The notes beneath the pieces were generated by a model. It ran no database searches. It was not told where the DNA came from and worked only from the letters and a program-made list of their open reading frames with translations. Positions 9,834 through 19,789 of a stretch of 64,000 nucleotides of DNA are shown here, piece by piece. The stretch is taken from assembly GCA_963727775.1 (NCBI GenBank), contig CAVSHB010000001.1:320001-384000 (forward strand). The letters are read 5' to 3'. This stretch comes from an uncultured Nitrospiraceae bacterium. GTDB taxonomy: Bacteria > Nitrospirota > Thermodesulfovibrionia > Thermodesulfovibrionales > SM23-35. Both the position numbers and the translations under genes were made by a program. Each line of letters opens with the position of its first letter. Positions within the stretch are counted from its first letter, which is position 1.

Positions 9834-11165
9834 ATGGCTTTTAAAATACTGGTAGCTGAGGATGAAGAAATAACATTAAAACACCTGCTTTCAACCCTGC
9901 AAAAAGAGGGGTATGAAGTCTCAGGCGTAGGTAACGGTCGGAAGGCTTTTGAGAGTTTAGAGAAAGAGCATTTCGATCTGCTTATAGCCGACATAAAGAT
10001 GCCCGGGCTCACTGGGCTCGAAGTTCTGCAGAAAATAAAAGAGAAACATATAGAAACCGAGGTCATAATCATAACCGGCTATGGCAGCATAGATTCCGCC
10101 GTGGCGGCCATGAAGCAGGGCGCTTATGATTATATCGCGAAACCGTTTAATCTTGATGAACTGCTTTTAAAGGTCATGAAAATCTTCGAGGAGACCAACC
10201 TGAAGAAAGAAATCATTGCATTAAAAACGTCCTTAGGCGCGAACAGCAAGATCTCTGGAATCGCAAAGAGCGAAAGCATGAAGAAGATATTCGGTATCAT
10301 TGAAAGCATACAGGATTCCGATTGTGACGTTATGCTGACAGGAGAAAGCGGTGTCGGCAAAAGTCTTATTGCGAGACTGGTCCATTCAATCAGCCAAAGG
10401 AAAGAGAAACCTTTCCTGTCGATAAATTGCGCTACCTTCACCGAAAATCTCCTTACCAGTGAATTGTTCGGCCATGAAAGGGGGGCTTTTACCGGCGCGG
10501 TCACGACTAAGCAGGGACTGCTGGAGATCGCGGACACGGGGACCATCTTTCTTGATGAAATATCGGAAATATCGACAAGCTTACAGGCAAAATTGCTACA
10601 TGTAATAGAAGACGGAGAGTTCTTCAGGGTTGGCGGCACAAGACCTCTAAGGGTTGATGTAAGATTTATCGCGGCAACCAACAGAAATATAACTGCCCTC
10701 ATATCCGAGGGAAAATTCAGGGAAGACCTTTATTACAGGCTGAATGTAATGGAAATCCATGTCCCGCCTTTGAGGGAGCGCAGGGAAGATATCGAACCTC
10801 TCAGTAAATATTTCCTGGGAAAGTACCTCCCGAAATCGAGCAAAAAAATAACCGGCTTTACAAAAGAAGCTATGGGGATATTGATGAACTATAGTTTCCC
10901 GGGAAACGTCAGAGAGCTTGAAAACATTATCGAAAGGGCGATAATCCTTGAAAAAAGTTCCATGATTACCGCCGAAAGTCTGCCCCAGGGTCTACAGCTG
11001 TTCCAGATTGAAACACTATTGCCGGGTAATATCAAACCCATCGATGAATTGAATAAAGAGTATGCAGAAAAAGTAGTAGAGATGCTCGGCGGCAATAGAT
11101 CGAAGGCTGCAGAGCTTCTGGGGATATCACGAACAAGCCTGTGGAGAATATTAAAAGAAGAATAG
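9834..11165 (+). CDS. Sigma-54-dependent response regulator (NtrC/AtoC family)
   Basis: Receiver domain, GESGVGKS, GAFTGA, C-terminal HTH. Confidence 0.9.
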   Translation: MAFKILVAEDEEITLKHLLSTLQKEGYEVSGVGNGRKAFESLEKEHFDLLIADIKMPGLTGLEVLQKIKEKHIETEVIIITGYGSIDSAVAAMKQGAYDYIAKPFNLDELLLKVMKIFEETNLKKEIIALKTSLGANSKISGIAKSESMKKIFGIIESIQDSDCDVMLTGESGVGKSLIARLVHSISQRKEKPFLSINCATFTENLLTSELFGHERGAFTGAVTTKQGLLEIADTGTIFLDEISEISTSLQAKLLHVIEDGEFFRVGGTRPLRVDVRFIAATNRNITALISEGKFREDLYYRLNVMEIHVPPLRERREDIEPLSKYFLGKYLPKSSKKITGFTKEAMGILMNYSFPGNVRELENIIERAIILEKSSMITAESLPQGLQLFQIETLLPGNIKPIDELNKEYAEKVVEMLGGNRSKAAELLGISRTSLWRILKEE

Positions 11166-11227
11166 CGTTCACCGCTGTTCAAATCTGAAACATTCATTTG
11201 CCTCTCCTTTTTTTAACTTCCTTTGTA

Positions 11228-11260
11228 TTTCAATGAGTTACAAGCAGGCATCTTTATTGC
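11228..11260 (+). promoter_or_regulatory. Sigma-54 promoter with upstream IHF-like site
   Basis: GG-N10-GC (AGGCATCTTTATTGC; GG 11247-48, GC 11259-60); TTTCAATGAGTTA at 11228-40 is one mismatch from the IHF consensus WATCAANNNNTTR. Confidence 0.75.
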
Positions 11261-11300
11261 TTTCTATGTAGTTAATCAATTACAGGAGGCAAACACAAAG

Positions 11301-11795
11301 ATGAAAAAAAAGCTGTTGTTCATTACTTATTCTGATGCACATTCGGATGAAGGGCTTTCATATGTCATCGAACTCGCGAAGGTCATGAACGAAGATTTAA
11401 TGATTTTCTTGCTCAGGAAAAAGCAACTTTCGAGAAAATTTGATGATTTGATGACCGCGGTAACTTTTGCAGAGGCGAATGAACATAAAACAGCAAGAGA
11501 GACCATAACGGAAGATTACGAGAACATCAATGAGAACCCCGAGAAGAAGCTTTCAGGTCTTTTTGAAAAATGCCGGGAATCAGGGATTGATGTTGACGTA
11601 TATTCATCAAAATCTGACGCCGCTTCAGCAATAGAAAAATATTTCAAACGCAGAAACGGGGTAGACATAGTTTTGTTAAGTCCGAATGTTACCGACAACA
11701 GTAATTTTACAAAGAGAAAACTTAAAAGACTTTCAGACATAGTCGCGAGGCCGATAGTAACTATAACAAGACAGCCGGCTGCTGTCCCGATCTAA
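11301..11795 (+). CDS. Hypothetical protein with USP-like layout and AVTFAEA motif
   Basis: AGGAGG before ATG 11301; first gene of the TSUP operon. Confidence 0.6.
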   Translation: MKKKLLFITYSDAHSDEGLSYVIELAKVMNEDLMIFLLRKKQLSRKFDDLMTAVTFAEANEHKTARETITEDYENINENPEKKLSGLFEKCRESGIDVDVYSSKSDAASAIEKYFKRRNGVDIVLLSPNVTDNSNFTKRKLKRLSDIVARPIVTITRQPAAVPI

Positions 11796-11813
11796 AAAAG
11801 GGGGGGAAATATT

Positions 11814-12731
11814 ATGTATCTCTACTTGCCTGTAGCTTTAACCAGCATTAACATTTTAATACCGGTCGGACTCGGTCTAATTGTGGGGCTGCTTTCAGGG
11901 TTGTTTGGAGTCGGCGGCGGATTTTTGATGACACCGCTCTTGATAATGTTCGGCATTCCGTCTACAGTTGCCGCGGCCACAGACTCTAATCAGATTGTCG
12001 CAGCTTCCGTTTCCGGTACTTACGCGCACTGGAGAGTCGGCAATGTCGATTTCAAGATGGGGTTATACCTCCTTGTAGGAGGTTTTCTGGGAGGACTTCT
12101 TGGAGTCGAGTTCATTAAGGTCCTACGGGCAATGGGGAACGCCGACTTTGTAATCAAGATCACTTATGTGCTGATGCTCGGCATAGTCGGGGCTTACATG
12201 TTCATTGAAAGCATCCAGAGCCTGAGGAGTAAAAAGTCAGCAAATGTGAAGGAAGAAAAAGACTCGGCAATTGCAAGATTTCTCAAGTCCCTGCCTTTGC
12301 AGACCCGGTTTGAAAAGTCCGGGGTAACGCATTCTACCATAGTACCGGTTTTCCTGGGAGGCCTTGTGGGGATACTCGCTGCGATAATGGGTGTCGGCGG
12401 CGGTTTTCTCATGGTGCCGGTGATGTTCTATATTTTGAAGATGCCCATGCATGTTATTGTCGGAACAAGTCTTTTCCAAATCCTATTTACCTGCGTTGAG
12501 GTCACATTTCTCCAATCCTATACGAATCATACAGTCGACTTCGTGCTCGCAGTTTTATTGTTACTCGGATCGACGGTCGGAGCCCAGGTTGGGGCTATCT
12601 TTGGGCGTAAATTAAAGGCGGACCAGCTCAAAGTATTTCTTGCCGTAATAGTCCTTATTGTAACTGTAAAGATAATTTCCGAGCTCACTTTGAGTCCGTC
12701 ATTGCTTTTATCACAAGGAGGGGGGCACTAA
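11814..12731 (+). CDS. TSUP / sulfite exporter TauE/SafE family permease
   Basis: Two GVGGGFL repeats, highly hydrophobic. Confidence 0.9.
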   Translation: MYLYLPVALTSINILIPVGLGLIVGLLSGLFGVGGGFLMTPLLIMFGIPSTVAAATDSNQIVAASVSGTYAHWRVGNVDFKMGLYLLVGGFLGGLLGVEFIKVLRAMGNADFVIKITYVLMLGIVGAYMFIESIQSLRSKKSANVKEEKDSAIARFLKSLPLQTRFEKSGVTHSTIVPVFLGGLVGILAAIMGVGGGFLMVPVMFYILKMPMHVIVGTSLFQILFTCVEVTFLQSYTNHTVDFVLAVLLLLGSTVGAQVGAIFGRKLKADQLKVFLAVIVLIVTVKIISELTLSPSLLLSQGGGH

Positions 12732-13522
12732 TGAAGACTCACGGTTTAATAAGCAAAACTCTAGTTATTTTTCAAATGCTGATGGTATCTTCACTTTTCC
12801 TGTTCGTGGGCATGGCATCCGCGCAGTTAACGGCAAAGGCAAACCACGACCATATAACAGTAGACTTTTTTTATCATGGAAGCACGGTCAGTGTAAGAGG
12901 CATCTCTGATCCCGGCGCCGATTTGATTATTAAGATTACATCCGAGGAGGGGCATAATACACTGCGCAAAAAAGGTAAGGTAGGAGGATTCTTATGGATG
13001 AATGTGGGAGAACTCCAAATCGAGCATGTCCCGACTTTATATGCCGTCCATAGCACGAAGAAAGTGGAAGATATATTAAGCAAGGATGAATTGAACAAAT
13101 ACGTCCTTGGATATCCGTCACTGGAAAACCATGTCAGTATGAATGTTTCGGATGACGCAGAGAAGAACAAGTGGTTTAATGAATTCTTGAAGTTTAAAGA
13201 ATCTTCGAACCTCTACACGTCAAGCACAGGAAAGATTTCCTTAACTGAAAACAAAGGTTTACAAAATTATTACATATTGACTCAATGGCCGTTCCAGGCC
13301 CCTCCTGGAAATTACACGGTCACCGTATACGCGGTCAAGGACAAAAAGGTAATTGAGACCGCCACCTCAAGTGTATTCGTGGAACAGGTGGGCCTGGTGA
13401 AATCATTTGCCGGTATGGCGAAGAATAATGCGGCGGTGTACGGGATCATATCCATTCTGGCGGCGCTGAGCGCCGGATTCGGCGTAGGATTGGTATTCGG
13501 AAAAAGCGGAGGCGCACATTAA
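12731..13522 (+). CDS. TIGR02186-like conserved membrane-anchored protein (TSUP partner)
   Basis: RKKGKVGGFLWMN motif, N- and C-terminal TM segments, translationally coupled to TSUP. Confidence 0.7.
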   Translation: MKTHGLISKTLVIFQMLMVSSLFLFVGMASAQLTAKANHDHITVDFFYHGSTVSVRGISDPGADLIIKITSEEGHNTLRKKGKVGGFLWMNVGELQIEHVPTLYAVHSTKKVEDILSKDELNKYVLGYPSLENHVSMNVSDDAEKNKWFNEFLKFKESSNLYTSSTGKISLTENKGLQNYYILTQWPFQAPPGNYTVTVYAVKDKKVIETATSSVFVEQVGLVKSFAGMAKNNAAVYGIISILAALSAGFGVGLVFGKSGGAH

Positions 13523-13523
13523 T

Positions 13524-14387
13524 ATGTATCAAAACATAGTAATTGCCTACGACGATTCGGAATGTAGCAGGGCCGCCCTTTTAGAGTCATCGCACTGGAT
13601 ACAAAGGCACGGCGGGAAAGCGGTGCTCGTCCATTCGGTGTTCTTTGATGAGGAAGAGTTTGTCATTGCCCCTGGCCAGAGAGAAAAGCGCTTTGAATTA
13701 GGGAAAAAGATATGCTATCAGACCAAAGAGAAAGTGTCGGCAGAATTCGGTTTAAACGGGAGCCTGGATGCCGTCATCTGTGAAGGCGAGCCGCATGATA
13801 CCATCGTGGAAGTTGCGCGGGCAAAGAATGCAGACCTTATCGCAATGGGTACTCATGGAAGAAAGGGGCTGAAGAAATTGTTCATGGGAAGCGTGACGGC
13901 GCGGGTTATTGCCAGTTCCCCGTGCGATGTCATGATAGTAAAAAAGCCCTGCGCAAATTGCACCGGAAAATATGCGTCCATACTCGTTTCTTTTGACGGA
14001 TCGGAATTCAGCAAAAAAGCTTTGGTGCGCGCATGCGAATTAGCGAAGATTGACAATTCCAACCTAAGGGCGTTCTATGTCGTCCCCCGGTATGAAGAAA
14101 TGATTGAGTTTTTCTCATCGAGCGTTATAAGGGAAAATCTTCGCCATGAGGCAGAGGACGTCATGGAAATAGCAAAAACGATCGCAACGACGCAAGGTGT
14201 GAAGATAGATACTGAAGTTGCGGAGGGCGACGAAGCAGAAAAAATCATAGAGAAAGCGAAAGGGCTGAAAAATGACCTGATTATTAGGGGAACTCACGGA
14301 TGGAGAGGTATTAATAGGGCGATCATAGGCAGCATTGCGGAGAGAGTAATAATCAATGCTCCCTGCCCTGTATTGGTAGTCAAATAA
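13524..14387 (+). CDS. Tandem universal stress protein
   Basis: Two USP domains (IAYDDS, MGTHG..G...MGSV, CPVLVV). Confidence 0.9.
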   Translation: MYQNIVIAYDDSECSRAALLESSHWIQRHGGKAVLVHSVFFDEEEFVIAPGQREKRFELGKKICYQTKEKVSAEFGLNGSLDAVICEGEPHDTIVEVARAKNADLIAMGTHGRKGLKKLFMGSVTARVIASSPCDVMIVKKPCANCTGKYASILVSFDGSEFSKKALVRACELAKIDNSNLRAFYVVPRYEEMIEFFSSSVIRENLRHEAEDVMEIAKTIATTQGVKIDTEVAEGDEAEKIIEKAKGLKNDLIIRGTHGWRGINRAIIGSIAERVIINAPCPVLVVK

Positions 14388-14402
14388 AAAGGAGAGTGCA
14401 CA

Positions 14403-14822
14403 ATGAATAATTACAGAAAAGTTGTTATTGCAGTGAACGGGGACAAAGATGTCCTTATCCAGGGGTTGAGACTCGTTCATAACGAGAAATGTGATGTTAC
14501 CGTTGTAAAGGTAATTCCACACTATGAAGGTGACCTGAGCATGGTAGGTGTTGGAAATCTTGGTTCCGTGCTGAACAGCAGCTCGAAAGAAGAAATCTCT
14601 GAGATAACTGAGATCGCGAAAACGGAAGGCGCAAAAGTAAAAATAAGATTGGAAGAAGGCGATATCGATAAGAAAATTGTGGAGGCTGCCGAAGAGGAAA
14701 GGGCTGACCTTATAATTATGGGTGGTAAAAAACATAATTTTATCGAAAAACTCCTTGACCTGGATACTATTGATAAGGTTACCGGACATGCATCTTGTCC
14801 CGTGTTGTTAGTAAATAGATAA
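14403..14822 (+). CDS. Universal stress protein
   Basis: ADLIIMG and ASCPVLLV. Confidence 0.85.
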   Translation: MNNYRKVVIAVNGDKDVLIQGLRLVHNEKCDVTVVKVIPHYEGDLSMVGVGNLGSVLNSSSKEEISEITEIAKTEGAKVKIRLEEGDIDKKIVEAAEEERADLIIMGGKKHNFIEKLLDLDTIDKVTGHASCPVLLVNR

Positions 14823-14863
14823 GAATAGTTTTTAGCATACTTATTGGACGTATTGCCACAATA

Positions 14864-15058
14864 GTTGCAATATGCAACCTTGCCCCTTTGTTTGCAACTG
14901 TTGTGCAAACGTCTGCCCGACCTTAAGGATCTCACTCCCTGAATATTTATAATTGCAATTTGCAACAATTGTATCAACCTCGCAACGCTTTTTAAAACCT
15001 CTACATTTCAATAATATCAACAACTTACGTGTGTGTTATGGCGTGGCATAAAATTTGT
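14864..15058 (+). promoter_or_regulatory. Sigma-54 promoter region with palindromic enhancer-like sites and an IHF site
   Basis: GTTGCA-ATA-TGCAAC (14864-78), GTTTGCA-N7-TGCAAAC (14890-910), ATTGCA-ATT-TGCAAC (14952-66); exact IHF consensus TATCAACAACTTA (15015-27); TGGCATAAAATTTGT, GG-N10-GT (15044-58). Confidence 0.7.
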
Positions 15059-15100
15059 TATACAAAGTAATAACAAAATCAAAACTATAAGAGGGAAACA

Positions 15101-15378
15101 ATGGATGTAAAAGAGTTGGTAGCACAGTTTGAGGAAATAATGTCTGCCGCTGCATTTGCGGAAGCCGGGGCATTTGATGACGCAAGAAAATTCCTCAGGG
15201 AAAGAAAGGTGCTGCTTGTTCTGACCGGGATGGAGTCGGACATGAAAGCGGCGAACTCATCGTTATAGATTCCGAGGATATCGGGCCCCGCGCTGAAGAC
15301 GGTCAAAAGGCGGAACTTAATGAGTTGAATAACCTGCAGTGCCCTGTTGTTTTGGTTTCAGGGCAGGCGAGGCTGTGA
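15101..15378 (+). pseudogene. Frameshifted / internally deleted paralog of the 11301 protein
   Basis: MDVKELVAQFEEIMSAAAFAEAG...KVLLVLTG stops at 15268; another frame continues LIVIDSE...LQCPVVLVS to TGA 15378. Confidence 0.6.
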
Positions 15379-15406
15379 AAAATATTTTTCGTATAAGGAG
15401 GGGTTG

Positions 15407-15730
15407 ATGGGAAACGATCATGGAGCAGCAAAGAAGAAGCCGGTTGGTAAGATGGTGTTGTACGGGATAATGTCGGTAGCCCTTTATGCCGCAATGTTTT
15501 CGTACCAGGGAGCTGTCACGGCATATTTCACGAGAGGGGCGTGGTATGCTGCATTGCCGATTGCAACAGCGTTTGCGATCTCTTTCATTCACGGCGGGTT
15601 TACTAATTATTTCTGGTCTGTGCTGGGCATTGAAGCGACTAAAAAGGCTCTGCGTCCGAGAGTTGAAGAGAAACGCACTTACGACGTAGAACGTCCAAAG
15701 ATTCAACCTCGCCTGAGAGCAGAGTTATAA
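15407..15730 (+). CDS. Small two-TM membrane protein preceding TSUP
   Basis: AAGGAGG RBS, two hydrophobic helices. Confidence 0.7.
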   Translation: MGNDHGAAKKKPVGKMVLYGIMSVALYAAMFSYQGAVTAYFTRGAWYAALPIATAFAISFIHGGFTNYFWSVLGIEATKKALRPRVEEKRTYDVERPKIQPRLRAEL

Positions 15731-15748
15731 GAAAAGGAGGGATGATAG

Positions 15749-16834
15749 ATGCATGATATGGTACATGAAGCAGTAAAGTTTATCGATTTAAATTCCATGA
15801 ATGTTGCATATCTTTTTATTGTCGGTTTCATCGGCGGGCTCGTAAGCGGATTTATCGGTTCAGGCGGCGCCTTTGTTCTTACGCCCGGGATGATGAGCAT
15901 AGGAGTGCCGGGACTTGTGGCAGTTGCAAGCAATATGTGCCATAAGTTTCCGAAGGCATTGGTCGGAGCTATTAAACGCGCCAGATATGGCCAGGTGGAT
16001 GTCAAGTTGGGCCTCGTCTTTGGTGTGTTTGCCGAGGCAGGTGTGTTCTATGGCGCCCATGTCCAGGAGAACATAAAGAAAGCCTTCGGTGACGCGGGTT
16101 CAAACCTTTATGTGAGTGTTGCTTTTGTTGTGGTGCTGGCTGTTGTCGGGGGGTTAGTCCTCCGTGACGCGGTGAAGACTTATAGATCAGGCAAGGCAGA
16201 TGAAGAAGAAAAGGTATCAGATATAGCCAAATGGGTCCAGTCCGTGAATATCCCCGGGACTATGGTCTACTTTAAATGCCTGAAGGCAAAGGTTTCTGTC
16301 CTTTTCATTATCCCGCTTGCTTTTGCAACCGGAATGTTGGCAGCTACTATAGCTGTCGGAGGTTTTATAGGTGTGCCTTCGATGATTTACGTTCTCGGTG
16401 CGCCAAGTCTAATGGGCTCTGCTACGGAACTGGTTGTAGCGTTTGTGATGGGGCTCGGAGGTTCATTTAAATACGCGCTCCACGGTCTTGTTGATATACG
16501 CTTAGCGGCCATTATCCTCGCAGGTTCCCTTTTCGGAATACAGCTTGGCGCTATAGGGACAACATATGTTAAGCCCTTTATGATAAAGTTCGTAATGGGC
16601 CTTATCATGGTTATTGTTCTCTTTAGCCGCGCCCTAATGGTCCCGGTCTATTTGTCGGAGTTAGGCCTGATACAGAAACTGAGCGATGGCGTTATTACGA
16701 TATTGAAAAACACCAGTTTCGCTATTATGGCATTTGCACTTCTCACCGGGGCATTTATCGTGCTTCGAGGTATGTGGCAGGGACGCCGGGCTGAACGCGC
16801 ATTGGCTGAACAAGAATCGCTGGAACACGTTTAG
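15749..16834 (+). CDS. Second TSUP / TauE/SafE family permease
   Basis: GFIGSGGAFVLTP and AVGGFIGVP repeats. Confidence 0.9.
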   Translation: MHDMVHEAVKFIDLNSMNVAYLFIVGFIGGLVSGFIGSGGAFVLTPGMMSIGVPGLVAVASNMCHKFPKALVGAIKRARYGQVDVKLGLVFGVFAEAGVFYGAHVQENIKKAFGDAGSNLYVSVAFVVVLAVVGGLVLRDAVKTYRSGKADEEEKVSDIAKWVQSVNIPGTMVYFKCLKAKVSVLFIIPLAFATGMLAATIAVGGFIGVPSMIYVLGAPSLMGSATELVVAFVMGLGGSFKYALHGLVDIRLAAIILAGSLFGIQLGAIGTTYVKPFMIKFVMGLIMVIVLFSRALMVPVYLSELGLIQKLSDGVITILKNTSFAIMAFALLTGAFIVLRGMWQGRRAERALAEQESLEHV

Positions 16835-16845
16835 TTAGGGGAAAA

Positions 16846-17706
16846 ATGGGACGCTATAGAAAAATTCTCGTTGCGATAGACGGTTCGGAATTAAGCCTGC
16901 ATGCGCTAAGAGAATCTCTCAAGCTCGCGGCAGACGAAAAAAGCTGGGTGACTGTTGTTTCAGTTGTCCCCTCTTATGAAGGTGATCTGGGATCATTGTG
17001 GATAAATAATATTAAGGATTCTATGAGAAAGCCCTGTGCACTGGCTATTTCAGAGGCCGAAAAAATAGCCAAAGAAGAGAGGGCTTTGGTTAAGACTGTC
17101 TGTGAAGAAGGTGAAATATACGAAAAGATTGTCGACCTTGCCGATGCGGAAAACTGTGATGTTATAGTGATGGGCAGAAAAGGTATGAGCCGCCTTGAAA
17201 GGACCCTCATCGGAAGCGTCACCGCAAGGGTCATCGGCAATACATGGAAGGATGTTCTCGTGGTCCCCGAAGGCGTTGCAACAGGCTGGAAAAACATCCT
17301 TCTTGCGACCGACGGTTCCCGTTACAGCGAGGCCGCAACAAACAGAGCTATAGAACTTGCCAAATCCTATGGCGGGTATTTGAAAATTGTATCTGTTGTG
17401 GACATACCGCCTGAGTTTTATTCACACATAAAAGCATTAAAGGCGGCGGATGAACTTATTCAGAAAGCAAAAGGAGTTGTCGCGGCTGTAAAGAATAAGG
17501 CCGAAGAGCAAGGAATAAAAACCGATACATTTGTAAAAGAGGGTGAGGCGTCGAAAGTAGTAACAGATCTTGCCGGGGAACAAAATGTCGATGTAATCGT
17601 TATAGGCTCGCACGGTCGGACCGGCCTCAGGAGGCTTCTTATGGGGAGCGTTGCTGAAAGTGTAATCGGGATTGCCTCATGCCCTGTGCTCGTGACACAT
17701 ATCTGA
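16846..17706 (+). CDS. Tandem universal stress protein
   Basis: VAIDGS, GSVT, ATDGS, GSHGRTG..LMGSVA, CPVLV. Confidence 0.9.
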   Translation: MGRYRKILVAIDGSELSLHALRESLKLAADEKSWVTVVSVVPSYEGDLGSLWINNIKDSMRKPCALAISEAEKIAKEERALVKTVCEEGEIYEKIVDLADAENCDVIVMGRKGMSRLERTLIGSVTARVIGNTWKDVLVVPEGVATGWKNILLATDGSRYSEAATNRAIELAKSYGGYLKIVSVVDIPPEFYSHIKALKAADELIQKAKGVVAAVKNKAEEQGIKTDTFVKEGEASKVVTDLAGEQNVDVIVIGSHGRTGLRRLLMGSVAESVIGIASCPVLVTHI

Positions 17707-17714
17707 TTGTCCGC

Positions 17715-17752
17715 GGGTGTAATAAGGCGTGAATCCGCGACTTATTACACCC
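17715..17752. repeat. REP-like hairpin after the USP operon
   Basis: GGGTGTAATAAG ... CTTATTACACCC 12-bp inverted repeat, no U-tract. Confidence 0.5.
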
Positions 17753-17831
17753 TGCATCCTTATCTCTTAACCTGCACTATTCATAAAATTGCCGACTGTC
17801 ACCAAGCTTTTGCATCCCCATGTCCTACGGT

Positions 17832-17937
17832 TAATGGCGGACACGGAATTTTCGCTTATTCTCGGTCGTCCCGACCTCCGAGGTAAATTCTTTCTTCGAA
17901 AGAATTTAAAACCGCTCAAATACTGCGTTCGCCATTA
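17832..17937. repeat. Structured ~105-bp palindromic element; related core at 45463-45502
   Basis: 16/20 terminal inverted repeat (TAATGGCG...CGCCATTA) with two internal hairpins. Confidence 0.55.
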
Positions 17938-18248
17938 TTGACCCACAAACTGCTATAGGAAATGTCACGACGAATATCGGAGTCCGACCCAGCGTGCCAC
18001 TCGGTCCGATTTATTACTGCCACCTGTTCCGGACCAAATCTGCCACCTTGGCATGGGGAAGTCTGAACTTCGAATAAGCGTTATTCCGCTGCGAAGTTGC
18101 GGAATAACGTGTGGAGAACATCCTATAGTGCCTCCTGTCAAGACAAAAAACATCTGGGAAATTTACTTAAATATCAATGATCGTTATCCGAGATCTTGCA
18201 AGAACAATAGTCTGCCGTACGTCCATCTGGACGATAGTATTTTTTCTC

Positions 18249-18427
18249 GACGCACTCTCTCACTACAATCGAACTTGATCTCTGATAGTTACGTTTATCC
18301 GACGTGTTCCGCATTGAGCGTACCGCCCATCATCCCTTATCCAGACTCTCAAGTTCAGTGAGAGGCCCTATATTGTTCTCCACGAGGTCTTTCGCCTCAA
18401 CTAAGCCAAGCTCGGGCTCTCTGCGTC
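18249..18427 (-). ncRNA. Putative bridge/seek RNA of IS110 element 1
   Basis: Two stem-closed internal loops; GGCTTAGTT (18407-399) and GTGGAGAAC (18383-75) match the two halves of the reconstructed target. Confidence 0.7.
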
Positions 18428-18496
18428 TTGTTTTTGGGGCCTCCAGAACAGAAACGGCTTCACAGGAAGCCCTCAGTTAAGTTCTTTTGATGTGGC

Positions 18497-19789
18497 CTAT
18501 ATTTGGATATCCCCCTTATTGAGATATTTTGGATCGAATAGCTCCTTCTTTTTCATCAAGGTCCATGCGATAACCAAAAGCTTTGCGGCTATCTTTACAC
18601 GCATCTTCGTACTAATTCCCTTTTCCCTCTGCCGACCTCTGAGCTTATTGGTGTAATAAATCGTAAAATCTTTGTTATGAAAGGAAGCGATTAGAGCAGC
18701 CTGATATAAGGCGTAGCGAAGATCGGCTTTCCCTTGTTTGGAGATTACCGGCGTTACGCTGTTTGAAGTCTTTCCGCTTCGCTCCGCGCAAAGGTCGAAA
18801 CCAGCCATCTTCAGGACCTGCTTGTCGCTCGTAAAGCGAAAGGGATTACCTATCGCCCCGAGAACCTTTGATGAGACATCCGGCCCAAAGCCAGGGATAC
18901 TCAAAAGGCATGGGTATTCCGGAAACTGTAGGCACATATCCTCTATTTTATCTTCCACCTCTTTGATCGTCTCTCGCACCTGATTAAGCATGGATACCAT
19001 CACCTTCGCCTCGAACGGCACTGCGTCTCCTACATAACATCCAATGGAATCAGGGGCTATCTGCCAGATCGCCTGCAGCAGCTTTTGTTGGGCAATATTC
19101 ATTCTGCTGAGGGCAACGTGCCTGCGGAATTCATCGAATTCCATCCCGGCGATCACCGAGGGATTAAGACAGCGGCCGACTACGGCCAGGCTCACCGCTG
19201 GGCCGAAGTGGCGGTCCATTTCAGGGAAATACTGGGCCAGAAGCTGATTGCGGATGCGAACCCGGAGGCCATGTTCCTCTTTCTTGAGTCGTCTCTTTAA
19301 GGAAAGGAGATTCCTCAGATCCCGCATCTTCGGATCCGGATATTCATAGAATAGGAATTTCCCTTGGGAAATGAGGTCGGCTACGTTAGAGGAATCCTTG
19401 GTGTCGTGCTTATCCCATCTGCCATCCAGAAGCGTGCGGTTGTTTTTTACTGCCGTCCCCGCTACCAAAACAACCATATGCCCACACTTAATAAGATGCT
19501 CTCCCAGAGGCTTATGGTAATTGGCTGTGGGCTCAAGACCAAAGACCACCTTTGTAAGGTCATGCTGGACCTTAAGCGCTTCTGTCAGCGTCAGCAGTTT
19601 CTCGAATCCTTCAATCGTGTTGTCAAAGATCACTCCCTTGTGCAGCGTTTTGCCGTTAGCCGTGCCGAAAAAGGCATTGTGCTTCTCTTTAGCCACGTCG
19701 ATGCCGATGATCAAATACTGATCGGAGCCACGTATCTCTTTCTTGACTTGTCGAAACTCCCTAAGTCTGATACCATCTACTTGTTCCAT
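18497..19789 (-). CDS. IS110-family recombinase/transposase
   Basis: GIDVAK, GLEPT, KHDTKDS (DEDD RuvC-like), SIPGFG, RSGK, ISKQG. Confidence 0.95.
   Translation of the reverse strand: MEQVDGIRLREFRQVKKEIRGSDQYLIIGIDVAKEKHNAFFGTANGKTLHKGVIFDNTIEGFEKLLTLTEALKVQHDLTKVVFGLEPTANYHKPLGEHLIKCGHMVVLVAGTAVKNNRTLLDGRWDKHDTKDSSNVADLISQGKFLFYEYPDPKMRDLRNLLSLKRRLKKEEHGLRVRIRNQLLAQYFPEMDRHFGPAVSLAVVGRCLNPSVIAGMEFDEFRRHVALSRMNIAQQKLLQAIWQIAPDSIGCYVGDAVPFEAKVMVSMLNQVRETIKEVEDKIEDMCLQFPEYPCLLSIPGFGPDVSSKVLGAIGNPFRFTSDKQVLKMAGFDLCAERSGKTSNSVTPVISKQGKADLRYALYQAALIASFHNKDFTIYYTNKLRGRQREKGISTKMRVKIAAKLLVIAWTLMKKKELFDPKYLNKGDIQI

Noticed and set aside
18053..18361. 102-aa plus-strand ORF
   Set aside because: Spans the IS junction and the antisense of the structured RNA region; no coding features.
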